Positions 30,494 to 40,521 of a DNA stretch of 64,000 nt are shown here, in pieces (the first letter of the stretch is position 1; every line of letters starts with the position of its first letter). This stretch comes from Patescibacteria group bacterium (GTDB lineage: Bacteria > Patescibacteriota > Microgenomatia > UBA1400 > PJMF01), in NCBI GenBank assembly GCA_049322575.1, contig JBMORQ010000003.1, forward strand, positions 17,719-81,718, given 5' to 3'. Under the pieces are notes generated by a model. The model was given only the letters and a program-made list of their open reading frames with translations, ran no database searches and was not told the DNA's origin. The translations under genes and the position numbers were made by a program.

Positions 30494-30895
30494 CTATTCT
30501 TCTTTCACTTGATCAACCGAGATGTTTTCGTCTATCTGAGGATAGGGCAAGATTTGCAAAGTTGGATCTGTTTCTTGTTGAAACGCTTTAAGTTCAAGAT
30601 ACTTTGCCTGTAAGGGCGAGATCTCTGCTTGTTCAGATGCGGTTTCTTGTACTTTCTCTTGAGTAACTAAAGGTTTTTCAGGCTGCATCAGGGATAGCAA
30701 AAAAAGCAACACGATTACCAGTACTAAAGAGATGGCCGCTACCAGGATAACAATGCCTCTTTTCCTCTGGAGAAATGATTTTTTAGGCAAACTTGATAAG
30801 GTTGGATCGATGTAAGGATCCTCTGGTCGCTGAAACAGAGGCCTTTCGCTTGCAAACTGTGTTTGATTGGTGGGAAAAAAATCTTGTTCAGTCAT
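30494..30895 (-). CDS. Hypothetical single-TM protein
   Basis: 133-aa ORF overlapping upstream gene. Confidence 0.6.
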   Translation of the reverse strand: MTEQDFFPTNQTQFASERPLFQRPEDPYIDPTLSSLPKKSFLQRKRGIVILVAAISLVLVIVLLFLLSLMQPEKPLVTQEKVQETASEQAEISPLQAKYLELKAFQQETDPTLQILPYPQIDENISVDQVKEE

Positions 30896-31955
30896 TTTTA
30901 GTCATGATTTCATCCAAATACGACATTCCCTGAGCCAGAGAAACATAGACCGGATTTAGGTCTCGATTTAAGTTGTTATAATTTCCGTCAAGCTGCCCTT
31001 TTGCCTGAGACCTAGCCAAACGCTGCCAATACTCAGCCAATGAGTCCTGAGCTTTTTTGAGAACTCGATCTGTTTCAATGAATGACCGTCTAGTCGAGGC
31101 ATCGATACCTAAGTCCGATTTTTCAAGATATTTTTCAATATCATTTCTCAACAAAACCTGCCGATCGTAGAAGTTCTGCAAACGAGCTGCTGTCAAGACA
31201 ACAGATACCGATAAAGAGTTCTTTTTATAGATTTGATTCTTCTTCTTAAACTCTATACTTAATTCATTCAACTTGACACGATCAGTGGTAGTGGCTAATT
31301 GCTGTTGAGATTTATCCAATTCCTCGATGTTAGTTTCCAAAACACTAAGCCATTCTTTTTTAAAGCTTTCTTCCACACCAGCAGTATCAAGCAGGTAGAG
31401 GCGCAGCAAACGGAAGTGAGTTTGCAGCACCTGATCTCTGGTAATCATTAATTCTCGTGTCGCCGTCACGGCTTTTTCGATAGATTCTAGCGTTCCTAAT
31501 TTGCGATATTGATCAACGGCAATTGTATAAACTTTCTCTTTGTCGCGGTATTCACGCAGCTGACCACGATAGGTTTCTTTCAAATCCTCAATCTCTGCCG
31601 ATAGCTGGCTCTTTTGACCCAAATTAGATCCCGAATCGGGCTCCTTTTCTGTTTGGTCAACCTGATTCGTCCCCTGTTGGCACTCTTGACGGAAATATGC
31701 CCACTCTTCGCACTCGCTGCCATCATCAAATTGGCAGTAACCTACCTCGCCGTTCGACTCCTGTCGAATATTAAGAGTACCATTATTATTGAGACAATAT
31801 TCCGATGCTGGGTTTGACAACGCTTGCTCCTGAGCAAAAACCTTTGTCTCACCAAATAAAGGCGTCAACGCCATTGCCAACCCAACCAAACAAAATATGA
31901 GTGGCTGTTTTTTAACTCTTGCAAGTAACTTCTGTGAAACTGATCGAATTAACAT
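30888..31955 (-). CDS. Secreted protein with DUF333 domain and coiled-coil region
   Basis: Signal peptide, then NPASEYC...GYCQFDDGSECEEWAYFRQEC (DUF333 signature). Confidence 0.8.
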   Translation of the reverse strand: MLIRSVSQKLLARVKKQPLIFCLVGLAMALTPLFGETKVFAQEQALSNPASEYCLNNNGTLNIRQESNGEVGYCQFDDGSECEEWAYFRQECQQGTNQVDQTEKEPDSGSNLGQKSQLSAEIEDLKETYRGQLREYRDKEKVYTIAVDQYRKLGTLESIEKAVTATRELMITRDQVLQTHFRLLRLYLLDTAGVEESFKKEWLSVLETNIEELDKSQQQLATTTDRVKLNELSIEFKKKNQIYKKNSLSVSVVLTAARLQNFYDRQVLLRNDIEKYLEKSDLGIDASTRRSFIETDRVLKKAQDSLAEYWQRLARSQAKGQLDGNYNNLNRDLNPVYVSLAQGMSYLDEIMTKND

Positions 31956-32121
31956 GTTATCAAAACCAAAAACTTGTCTCAAATAAGACAACAAGAGTCA
32001 TTCACTCTTCAAATTTTACCGTCAGAACATTATAGACCAAATCACTCGCTAAACTAAACACTCAAAGTACAAATGACTGACCAGCCATTCTGTAGAATCT
32101 TAACTCAGGCAAAGAGTTTAC

Positions 32122-32838
32122 TTAAACTGATAAAGTTTTTTGGCGAACAAAAGTGGTTGCCTGATACATCGACTCAAATGTTCCAGTATCGAACCATTGA
32201 CCATTAACAAAGGCCACGTCTAATTTGCCTTCTTGTAGATACAAATTGTTGATATCGGTAATTTCTATCTCGCCACGAGAAGATGGTTTGAGCGATTTTG
32301 CCTTTTCCACCACCGTGTTATCGTAGATATATAATCCAGTGACAGCATAATCTGATTTAGGTTGAGTTGGTTTTTCCTCGATCGAGATTGCTTTGCGGTT
32401 TTGATCAAACTGCACCACTCCAAACCTCTCAGGATCACTCACTTTTTTGGCAAAAACCCGACCACCTTGCTCAAAACTCTGAATTGCCTGTGAAAAGTCG
32501 TCTTCGTATAGGTTGTCGCCCAAAATTAAGGTCACATTATCTTGCCCGATAAATTTTTCTCCTATCAGAAAAGCTTGAGCCAAACCTTCTGGCTTCTCCT
32601 GGATTTCGTAAACAAAATCACAGCCAAAATTGCTTCCGCTACCAAGCAACTTTAAAAAATCGCCAGCGTTGTTAGGTGCCACGATTATCATCACGTCATG
32701 AATACCCGCCTTAAGCAGAGTTTCAAGCGGAAAATAGATCATTGGCTTATCGTAGATTGGCAGCAATTGTTTACTCGTGACACGAGTTAAGGGGTGTAAA
32801 CGAGTACCGCTTCCACCAGCTAAGATGATTCCCTTCAT
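32122..32838 (-). CDS. rfbA: Glucose-1-phosphate thymidylyltransferase
   Basis: [44 protein letters not shown]. Confidence 0.95.
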   Translation of the reverse strand: MKGIILAGGSGTRLHPLTRVTSKQLLPIYDKPMIYFPLETLLKAGIHDVMIIVAPNNAGDFLKLLGSGSNFGCDFVYEIQEKPEGLAQAFLIGEKFIGQDNVTLILGDNLYEDDFSQAIQSFEQGGRVFAKKVSDPERFGVVQFDQNRKAISIEEKPTQPKSDYAVTGLYIYDNTVVEKAKSLKPSSRGEIEITDINNLYLQEGKLDVAFVNGQWFDTGTFESMYQATTFVRQKTLSV

Positions 32839-33019
32839 AATTCCTTCCTTGTTACTTACCTAAGTGTTCAGAAATCCTAAGGACTGCACCAGGTATGGGT
32901 TAAAATAACTTTTCTCGAAATGTTATTTAATTACATGCCTGTTGTATTGTTAATTCTAGTATATCAAACCATATATAACTTGTCGCTTGGATCAATCATT
33001 GTTCATTAAATTAAGAATG

Positions 33020-33277
33020 TTACAAGGTGATTAAAAATAAGATTAATCCAGACAACCCTGAAACTGCCAAGTACTCCAGAATAATATTTTTTGTGATAGT
33101 TCCAAGGCGAATGTGAGAAAAGATCCCCCAGAGAAAGTAGAAAACAGAAATTATCACAACAATGATACGTTGCAACAAACGATCAGGCCATGCTGCAAAG
33201 AATAAAAAAGCCAAAATCGATAAAACCAACACCAATAACAAATAGGCTAGTCGGTGACGTAAATACTCTTTTTTCAT
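33020..33277 (-). CDS. Small 3-TM membrane protein
   Basis: 85-aa hydrophobic ORF translationally coupled to CAP gene. Confidence 0.65.
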   Translation of the reverse strand: MKKEYLRHRLAYLLLVLVLSILAFLFFAAWPDRLLQRIIVVIISVFYFLWGIFSHIRLGTITKNIILEYLAVSGLSGLILFLITL

Positions 33278-34245
33278 TACTGAATAATCCCACCTTTAAA
33301 GAAAATTAATAAAAATGCTATGGTCGAAAAAAGGATTATATGAGCAAAATTATGACCAACAACTCTATCCAGTTTCTTGTGATTACTGACTAAGCCGTCA
33401 TATATCAGAGTCATGATGATTAGAAAAACGACAGCCAAAAAGAAAGCTTTGGTTAGATGCAAAGGATTAAAGATGGGTGAACTCTGAGAAAAGATTCTAA
33501 CAGGTGACTGTCCAGCCAAAATTGAGGCCTGACCAAAAGCTGCTTGTTGGCCATCTTCAGCGAAAACCACAGACTTCGGTTGATTTGCCACTAATTGAGA
33601 AAGATCACTTCCTGGTGAACCAAACATCTGGACGACCAAGGTTGTCTCGAAACCTTGGAGACGACCATCCACAACCGCCACGCCAATCTCAGTAAACTTA
33701 TCATTTACAATATTGGCTCGATGAGTTGGAGACTCCATCCAGGCAGAGACCATTTGATCGGTCGTTTGAAAATCACGAGCTAAATTTTCCCCAGCAACCT
33801 GATAAACATAGCCCGCCTGATTAATGAAAAACCATGGCTCATGTCCATCTGGTGAATTATGTGACCAATACTGCTGGTCAAACATGTTTTGAGCCTTGCT
33901 GAGAGCCGCCGCAGCTAATTTGTCATTATAAGTTAACGTCGACAAGCCCATTTTCTGACGTTCAAGGTTGGTTTTTTCCAAAACCTTATCTGCACTAATT
34001 TCTGAGGAAAATCCTAAGATGCTATCTTTTAATCCAGGAAAGAAACGGACAGCCTGAATAAGAGAAAAAATACCGATAACAATCAGACCCAAATAAAAGA
34101 TTGATTCCGGATGTAATATTTTAGCTCGGTGATGATTTCCACGATGAGGATGAAAGAGATTTCTAAAAGAAACATGCAAAAAATTTAGCTTTTTTGTCGA
34201 GTTTCTTTTAATTCGTTTGGTATGCTTGGGTAGATGAGTATTCAT
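33277..34245 (-). CDS. CAP/SCP domain membrane protein
   Basis: TNLERQK, YWSHNSPDG, AGENLARDF, WMESPTHRANI, VVQMFG. Confidence 0.9.
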   Translation of the reverse strand: MNTHLPKHTKRIKRNSTKKLNFLHVSFRNLFHPHRGNHHRAKILHPESIFYLGLIVIGIFSLIQAVRFFPGLKDSILGFSSEISADKVLEKTNLERQKMGLSTLTYNDKLAAAALSKAQNMFDQQYWSHNSPDGHEPWFFINQAGYVYQVAGENLARDFQTTDQMVSAWMESPTHRANIVNDKFTEIGVAVVDGRLQGFETTLVVQMFGSPGSDLSQLVANQPKSVVFAEDGQQAAFGQASILAGQSPVRIFSQSSPIFNPLHLTKAFFLAVVFLIIMTLIYDGLVSNHKKLDRVVGHNFAHIILFSTIAFLLIFFKGGIIQ

Positions 34246-34352
34246 GAGATCAAATAAAGCTAATAAATAACCAAACACCTTTGATCAAGATATCGTTTTG
34301 TTTCTGAGTAACAAAACAGAAGCACAAAAAACTCACTTGACACAAATCCATT

Positions 34353-34515
34353 AGACTTGTAGCGAAATAAAACTTTGTAGTGAAAAAACTGATTTTTTTG
34401 AACGAAAAGGGTTTTTTTGAGTGAAGTAGCAGCATAGCTACTTCAAGCAAGAAAAAAAACCTTTGCAGTACTTAAAAGCAGTTTTGTAATAAAACTGTTA
34501 TTTCACTACAAGTCT
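34353..34515. mobile_element. MITE-like element, copy 1 (~163 bp)
   Basis: Terminal inverted repeats AGACTTGTAGCGAAATAA / TTATTTCACTACAAGTCT, flanked by ATT on both sides; near-identical to 43724-43886. Confidence 0.8.
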
Positions 34516-34573
34516 ATTATGAAGAAAACTGCTGTATTTGTCTAGATTATCGGTTCCAAGCTAGACAATTCTA

Positions 34574-35968
34574 CTATTGATTCATACCACTGGTTTTATC
34601 AGCGGCTTCTTTAACGTTTGCGGGTTTTTTTCTCGCTTCAACTTCTTCGATAAAAGCGTAGTTAATTAGACGTGATACCAATAGATCAAGAACAGCAACA
34701 ATCCAATACCATTTACACAGCCAAACCAGCAGCCAAAAACCTCCTGAGTAACAGTCACACTGGCGCAACCAGTAGAACAGGCCAATGGAAAGCAGGGCTA
34801 TGACCACAGCCACCCAGTGCTTTGTCTGAGTACGCTTCTTCTTGAAATAGTTGTCGAATAACATGGTCACTAATAGTTGCAGGATAAGTAGTATCCAAGG
34901 AACATAGAAACGCCAGCTCACACAAACTCCACTTGTGGCACCGGCTACCTCACCAGTTGGTTGAGAGGTTGGTTGCACCTGCGCTGATTGAGTCGATTCA
35001 TCGGTTGTTTCACCTAAAACTTGCCCGCCTTGACCAACTGGGCGAACGTCAGGCGCCAAGACCTGTCCAGATGTGATAGGAATTTCAGCACTATTAGACC
35101 TAGGGCCAGGAGCACAATCGTTAACTCCAAAAATCTGGAAAGAGTACGCTTGACCTGCTGAAAGCTGAGTAACTGTGTATGATGTAGTATTGCCAATATT
35201 GGTACTTCCGTATGATGCACCATCAGATATTCTAGTAAAAACTAGGGCATAGTGAGTCACTGGGCTGACTGACGTCCAGTTAAGGGTTACAGCATTCGGT
35301 CCGGCACCAGCTACACTCAAAGAAGGCGCGGAGGTAGGAACTTCTGCCTCACAAACAGGTGGCTTGGCTGGATCAGTGTTGGTGGAGCCGGGATTACCAC
35401 CAGGAGGATTCCCCGGATTGCCAGGATTTCCCGGGTTAGAGGGTCCATCACAAGTGATTCTGACAGCAAAATCAAAAACTGTCCGAGAACGTTGAAACTC
35501 GTTACCAGCTAAAATGTCAAAATTAGCATTCCAGGTAAAAACTCTTGTTGAATTGGGAGCCAGACTACCGAGTGAAATATTATCAGTGTCGTATAAGTCT
35601 TGGTATGAGCGATCGCTGGTGGCAACACCCGATATCTGTGTACCGAAATAATCTGTATTACCAGAATAAATGGCCGCAAACATTCTCTCAGCCAGGTTAA
35701 CCGAGCTTTCTGGGGTTGTGTCTGTGGCGTTGAGCAGCAGATTGCATGTTTCGTCACTATCATTATTGGTAATAGTTAATGTCTGAGTGAAATTGTCTCC
35801 AGGCATCATACCACTCTCATTGAATAGTGGAGTATCAGCTGGGGAAATACTACACGGACCATTGTTAGCACAAGTCACAGTTAAATCTGTGCCCGCCTCA
35901 GCTGAAACAACCAAGTTAAGAAAAAATGACAACGAAACTAGAAGTGATAAAAATATTTTTCTAATCAT
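34574..35968 (-). CDS. TasA-like domain + Pro/Gly/Asn linker + FN3 + C-terminal 3-TM anchor (putative pilus base)
   Basis: Sec signal ending AEA; PLFNESGMMPGD..LTITN and GNEFQ TasA-like motifs; (NPG)n; FN3 (VTLNW, YTVTQL..YSFQIFGVN); TM tail. Confidence 0.75.
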   Translation of the reverse strand: MIRKIFLSLLVSLSFFLNLVVSAEAGTDLTVTCANNGPCSISPADTPLFNESGMMPGDNFTQTLTITNNDSDETCNLLLNATDTTPESSVNLAERMFAAIYSGNTDYFGTQISGVATSDRSYQDLYDTDNISLGSLAPNSTRVFTWNANFDILAGNEFQRSRTVFDFAVRITCDGPSNPGNPGNPGNPPGGNPGSTNTDPAKPPVCEAEVPTSAPSLSVAGAGPNAVTLNWTSVSPVTHYALVFTRISDGASYGSTNIGNTTSYTVTQLSAGQAYSFQIFGVNDCAPGPRSNSAEIPITSGQVLAPDVRPVGQGGQVLGETTDESTQSAQVQPTSQPTGEVAGATSGVCVSWRFYVPWILLILQLLVTMLFDNYFKKKRTQTKHWVAVVIALLSIGLFYWLRQCDCYSGGFWLLVWLCKWYWIVAVLDLLVSRLINYAFIEEVEARKKPANVKEAADKTSGMNQ

Positions 35969-38900
35969 TCCATCCTCCAGTTAAACCTGTTTCCAGGAGT
36001 TTTTCGGCATTATCTTTATCCTGCAGCCTTAGTTGCAGCTTGATAGATGTAGCATCGATACCGCGGTGGGGAGTACACTCTCCGCCAGAGCAGGTACCAA
36101 AATATATGTCCTTAACCTCGACTGAATCACTATCTATATCAACTCCGCCGTTAATCACATCCACAACCTTCACTTGATTGTCGGCATCTACCACTGGATG
36201 CTCGTATTCAATATGATATAGACCGCGTTCAAAGCTTGACGCATTCTTAATCGACATCCAAGCCTTAAAAGGCTCCTGTTGTTGTAAAACCACCAAAGGA
36301 TCGGTGGCTGGCACTGGAGTCGGACTGATGGCAGGCATGGTCTGACCCTCAACTAGAGCAAGATTGGAAAGTTCCGACCATTTATGAGCAGAATCCATCG
36401 ATTTAAGTGCAAAATAGTAGGCTTTACCCGCCTCCAAACCTTTGACCAGAAGATCTTCTTGCTCTCCAGCAACTCTAGGAGCTAGACCCTCTGAACCCAG
36501 TGTTAAATTTGAAACCGCTGAAACTCGGCTGGCCGCAGACCAGTTGTCCTGAGTAATTGGTTGCTCAGAATATCGAATTTCATAGCGTAGAACGCTGGGA
36601 GCAAAGTTATCTGAGGGTGCTGTGAATGTCAGGCTATACTCGCCCTCTCCCTCATCATACGCCTTGAGATCGTTGATCGAGCTTGGTGCTTGATCATCCC
36701 ATGTGACGTAGATCGAATTCATCTTTCCTTTGGCTCCAGTACTGGCTACGGACCAGAAGTAAAGCATGTGGTCATCCGGCTCACCTTCAAGTGTGAAACC
36801 CACACCTGATTTGAGTGAGCCAGTTTTGATCTGACCATCCAGTAAATATCTGTAAGCTACTTCGCCGATGGTATCAGGATTGTCACTATAGATGGTAAAC
36901 AAAGCTCCACTGTCAACAACAGTCGCTGCAGTGTTGACGTCGTCCAAGTAGACGAGAGTGTTTTGCGATTGATCGCCTGTGTTACCTGCTTGTAGTTTAA
37001 GATTGAGCTGAGACGAGGCATCGTCGGCAACGTATATTGAAACATATTGCCAACCACTTGCCTGCCCAGATGCACCTGACAACGCCTGAAGTCTCGAAAG
37101 ATCTTTTGCCCAGACTTGGTATACCAGTTTGTCATTGATGTAGGCCGACAAGGCTGGTTCATCAAAGCCAGGATCAACTTCGCTCGTAACCATATTAAAC
37201 CAGAAACCAACCGAACGAAGTCCACGACCGGAATTATCAATATTCTGCGAAATGCTGTTCACACCTTGGCCAGAACCGTCTAAAACCGCCATAAAGGTAG
37301 CGCTACGTGGCTTAACTCCTGCCTGTCCGTTTTCAACCGCAGCAACCTGGCCCTGAGTGCCCCATGACTCTAATCCTTTGGAAAAATCGCCATTGTACAC
37401 TTTGTTTTGGATATCTTTTTCTGGACTGTTGGTTACGGTAATTGTCGAACCAGATGTGCTATCAATTGTGACAATAACTTGAGAAGTGGGAGAGGTGACT
37501 ACACTAGCATTGCCGGCTTCATCAACTGCTGAAAAGGAAATAGTGTACTCTCCGTCAGGTACACCCGTAGTGTCCCAGCTGTAAATTGTTTCGTTGTTGT
37601 AAGTGTTGGCTCCACCAGTCTGATCTGGGAAAGAAGGGACGGCGTTATTGCTTGCATCACGTGCCGTCAATAACCAAGAAGCCGGATTGGCATCAGATAA
37701 AGTAACGTAAAAGTCTATTGTTGCATTAGCTGCATAGCTATCGCCATCACTTGGGCTGTTAATAGCAGCTGCTGGCGCTAAAGTATCTAAAGTAATCTCA
37801 CAGTAATCACTCCAGGCACCTGGCCAATCAACTCCTGCATCAAAATTTCCATCATGATTATTATCCTCAAAGGCTCTAACTCTAGTATTCCACAAACCTT
37901 GAACGCCTGAACCCGAGCCAAATGAAGAGAATAGTGTGTAATTGTCTGTGGCATAGAAATAACCAATTGAACCAGAAGGGTAAGTTACTTCACGTTGATA
38001 GGCAATGTTTCGCCCAGAAACTGCAGACCAATTATGTGCGACTCTAGGCGCTGAAGTATTACCCGTGTTGGTTGTTGCGCCACAAGCTAGGTCGAGAGGC
38101 CTTTCATCGGGTGTGGTGGAAGACGGAGGGATGTTCCAGCCATCATTGGTTGGAGTTGCGGGCGTCCAGACAGAAGTAGATAAGCTACCGGCAATTAACT
38201 CAGTATCACTAAAGCCCTGATCGTAGGATTCAAAATTTGTCTGCCAGGCTTCAGTCACCATGTTAAAGTTACATGTCATGTTCTCAAGACTTGTATCAGC
38301 ATCCACAGGCAAACTCACCTCGTAGCTAAACCAATGCTCATCAGCCCCATAAAAACTGTTGGGGTAATAAGTATGACTATTGATGATGACCATGTCTGGG
38401 TCATGAGTGGGATTGTTGGTTACAAAATCATTAAAAGCACTCAAGGAACCACTGTATTTGAGATCGCTCTGGACGTTTGTTAGATCGCCTGGAGTGGCTG
38501 GTGCTGCAGTATGCCAGTTGTAGTGAACCTGAAGTTGTAGAGCGTCACAAAGAGCAGTGTCACTACCTGGCAAGATCGAGACGCGTGAAAGATATTTCAC
38601 ATTGAGAGAACCTAGTTTCTGCACGTAGATATCTCGAGAAACCACGTCTCCTGGCCAAAGACTGTTACTAATTGGACCAAAATCAGCTTGATCTGAGCGT
38701 AGTCCAATATCAAGAGTCGAAGCAGTAAAAACACTATTATAAGAAGTCTCGAGATCGGCAATTCCAGACAGTGTTGGCAGAGTTGTCGAGACCAAAATGA
38801 CTAAGGCAAAAAAACTAGTAACTTTGAGCCAGGTAATCGACCTCTTCTTCAAGAAGTCCACAAAATTTTTGATGGTGGTTAGATCATTCTTTATCTTCAT
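35961..38900 (-). CDS. Large SipW-processed protein: TasA-like domain + Ig/FN3/beta-sandwich domains (putative pilus tip adhesin)
   Basis: TLS-GIADLETSYNSVFTASTLDI SipW-type N-terminus, LWPGD, AWQ; Ig-like (WDTTGVPDGEY..AVDEAGN); FN3 (TFTAPSD, YEIRYS, YYFALKS..WSELSN). Confidence 0.75.
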   Translation of the reverse strand: MKIKNDLTTIKNFVDFLKKRSITWLKVTSFFALVILVSTTLPTLSGIADLETSYNSVFTASTLDIGLRSDQADFGPISNSLWPGDVVSRDIYVQKLGSLNVKYLSRVSILPGSDTALCDALQLQVHYNWHTAAPATPGDLTNVQSDLKYSGSLSAFNDFVTNNPTHDPDMVIINSHTYYPNSFYGADEHWFSYEVSLPVDADTSLENMTCNFNMVTEAWQTNFESYDQGFSDTELIAGSLSTSVWTPATPTNDGWNIPPSSTTPDERPLDLACGATTNTGNTSAPRVAHNWSAVSGRNIAYQREVTYPSGSIGYFYATDNYTLFSSFGSGSGVQGLWNTRVRAFEDNNHDGNFDAGVDWPGAWSDYCEITLDTLAPAAAINSPSDGDSYAANATIDFYVTLSDANPASWLLTARDASNNAVPSFPDQTGGANTYNNETIYSWDTTGVPDGEYTISFSAVDEAGNASVVTSPTSQVIVTIDSTSGSTITVTNSPEKDIQNKVYNGDFSKGLESWGTQGQVAAVENGQAGVKPRSATFMAVLDGSGQGVNSISQNIDNSGRGLRSVGFWFNMVTSEVDPGFDEPALSAYINDKLVYQVWAKDLSRLQALSGASGQASGWQYVSIYVADDASSQLNLKLQAGNTGDQSQNTLVYLDDVNTAATVVDSGALFTIYSDNPDTIGEVAYRYLLDGQIKTGSLKSGVGFTLEGEPDDHMLYFWSVASTGAKGKMNSIYVTWDDQAPSSINDLKAYDEGEGEYSLTFTAPSDNFAPSVLRYEIRYSEQPITQDNWSAASRVSAVSNLTLGSEGLAPRVAGEQEDLLVKGLEAGKAYYFALKSMDSAHKWSELSNLALVEGQTMPAISPTPVPATDPLVVLQQQEPFKAWMSIKNASSFERGLYHIEYEHPVVDADNQVKVVDVINGGVDIDSDSVEVKDIYFGTCSGGECTPHRGIDATSIKLQLRLQDKDNAEKLLETGLTGGWND

Positions 38901-39459
38901 TGCTTAATGACTCAGTTGCTAGCTTTTTGGCAGATTTTCTTGCTCTGAAAATTCTGGCAATTTCTTTTTTTATGGTATTAAATTCGTTATAGGCAAGTAA
39001 AGTAGCAGGAATAACAATTAATAAAACAAAACCCATCTGGGTTTGAGAAAACATCACAATTTTACCCAAATATGGTATATGGAAGATTACCTTGCCGATT
39101 ACTCTCTTTTGTTCGGCTAATTCAGGATCTGCTTCTTCATTAGCATCACCTTTTGTTTGATAAAGCACACGGTCTTCTCGGTTCACTATACCAGTAATTC
39201 GGTGAGTATAAGTCTTATTGGAGCCAATCACTGGTACAGCAGTGATAATGTCTCCTATCTTGTATTCTGCCTGATCTTTAACTATGACCAAGCTACCAAC
39301 GTTAAGTGCTGGCTCCATTGAACCGGACAGAACAGCAAAAACTCTAAGTTTCAGCGGAGTGTTGAACTTGGATAATGCCAACATTCCAGCAACTACAACG
39401 ATAAAGATAGCCACCATCCAGGAAACAAGATTGCTGATAAATGATATTTTACTTTTCAT
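38884..39459 (-). CDS. sipW: SipW-type (ER/archaeal-type S26B) signal peptidase I
   Basis: VLSGSMEP, GDII, THRI, TKGDAN..D, IPYLG; Ser-His type. Confidence 0.93.
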   Translation of the reverse strand: MKSKISFISNLVSWMVAIFIVVVAGMLALSKFNTPLKLRVFAVLSGSMEPALNVGSLVIVKDQAEYKIGDIITAVPVIGSNKTYTHRITGIVNREDRVLYQTKGDANEEADPELAEQKRVIGKVIFHIPYLGKIVMFSQTQMGFVLLIVIPATLLAYNEFNTIKKEIARIFRARKSAKKLATESLSNEDKE

Positions 39460-39550
39460 GGTTAAAGCTAGTTTAGCTTAACTTGCTAACATTTAGCTTA
39501 CATTTTTATTATTGCTTTTTAAAACTTGGCCTTTTGCCGGTTATTGCCTA

Positions 39551-39577
39551 TGTGGCGGGGACAATCGCCCCGCCACA
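39551..39577 (-). terminator. Strong hairpin just downstream of tasA-like gene
   Basis: TGTGGCGGGG-acaatcg-CCCCGCCACA, a 10-bp perfect stem without a clear U-tract. Confidence 0.6.
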
Positions 39578-39595
39578 AGCAATTTAACAAAATCA

Positions 39596-40396
39596 TTACG
39601 GAGTCCAGGTAGAGCACTCGAAATTTTCGTTGTGTCTTGATTGAACTGCGTAGAAAGTGATGTCACCAACGACATCGTCTCCCTGAGCGACGTTATTTGT
39701 TGCAACACCGCTACAAGTGAAACCACCGTTGACAGCATCGACAGTCATGGTACCGAAGCACCAAGCCTGACCCAAATACTCAGCTCCAGGAGCTGGAGTA
39801 AATGGAGTTCCAACTGTACCTCCAAAAACGTGGGTAGTAGAGTCAACCAAATCGAAGGTTTGACCACCATTACCAGCACCTTGAGGTAAGTTGTTGAGGG
39901 TGGTTGGAGGCATAACGACTGACTCGCCTGCTTCGTAAACACCATCCCCATCGTCGTTCCAGAAGAAGAAGTTCAACTGGTCATCGAGCTCACCATTCCA
40001 GTCTCCTGCAGTGGTGTCTTCATCAGCTGACTCGGCGTCGTTAACGGCGTCGTCGTCTGATGCGGTTAATTCGATGTTAGAACAAACCCATGAAGGATTG
40101 TCGCTAACTTGCAAGGTTGCGTAACCGTAGCCGGAATCACCTGGTTTGACATCATCAAAATTAAAGAAAATTTGAGATGCTGTCAAATCTTGGACTCCCC
40201 AAGTTCCAGCTGTGTCAGCGACATAGCCAGCACCTTGGTCAACCCAAGCTTGGTGACCAACTTCTAAATCAATCTGTCCAGCGACGAACGTATTGTTAGC
40301 TGAAACTTCGGTATCATCGAAGTAAGCCAGAGTACCAGCAGAAACGCCGGCCACGACTACACCTAACAAAACTGCGCTTGATAAGATTTTCTTCAT
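39596..40396 (-). CDS. tasA: TasA/CalY-family filament subunit with SipW-cognate signal peptide
   Basis: MKKILSS..AGTLA-YFDDTEVSANNTFVAGQIDL, FNFDDVKPGDSG, C-terminal ITFYAVQ; SD GGGGGTGA before ATG. Confidence 0.88.
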   Translation of the reverse strand: MKKILSSAVLLGVVVAGVSAGTLAYFDDTEVSANNTFVAGQIDLEVGHQAWVDQGAGYVADTAGTWGVQDLTASQIFFNFDDVKPGDSGYGYATLQVSDNPSWVCSNIELTASDDDAVNDAESADEDTTAGDWNGELDDQLNFFFWNDDGDGVYEAGESVVMPPTTLNNLPQGAGNGGQTFDLVDSTTHVFGGTVGTPFTPAPGAEYLGQAWCFGTMTVDAVNGGFTCSGVATNNVAQGDDVVGDITFYAVQSRHNENFECSTWTP

Positions 40397-40449
40397 TGCA
40401 CTATTCACCCCCTTCCCAAGAAGAGTTATTTTTAAGTCAAAACTTAAAC

Positions 40450-40521
40450 AAAAAACTCCGCCCTTCGAAAACGAAGTTAGCTACATCACTCCTAATTAAA
40501 GAAGTGCTGGGCAGGCAGAGT
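40450..40521 (-). promoter_or_regulatory. Structured 5' leader (three-way junction followed by U-run) of tasA operon
   Basis: Minus strand: P1 ACUCUGCC/GGCGGAGU, P2 CACUUCU/AGGAGUG, P3 CUUCG/CGAAG, then a U-run. Confidence 0.5.

Noticed and set aside
34250-34450. 66-aa ORF sharing its N-terminus (MLEVAMLLLHSKKPFSF...) with the extended desaturase ORF
   Set aside because: Both read through the MITE sequence; an artefact, not a shared protein domain
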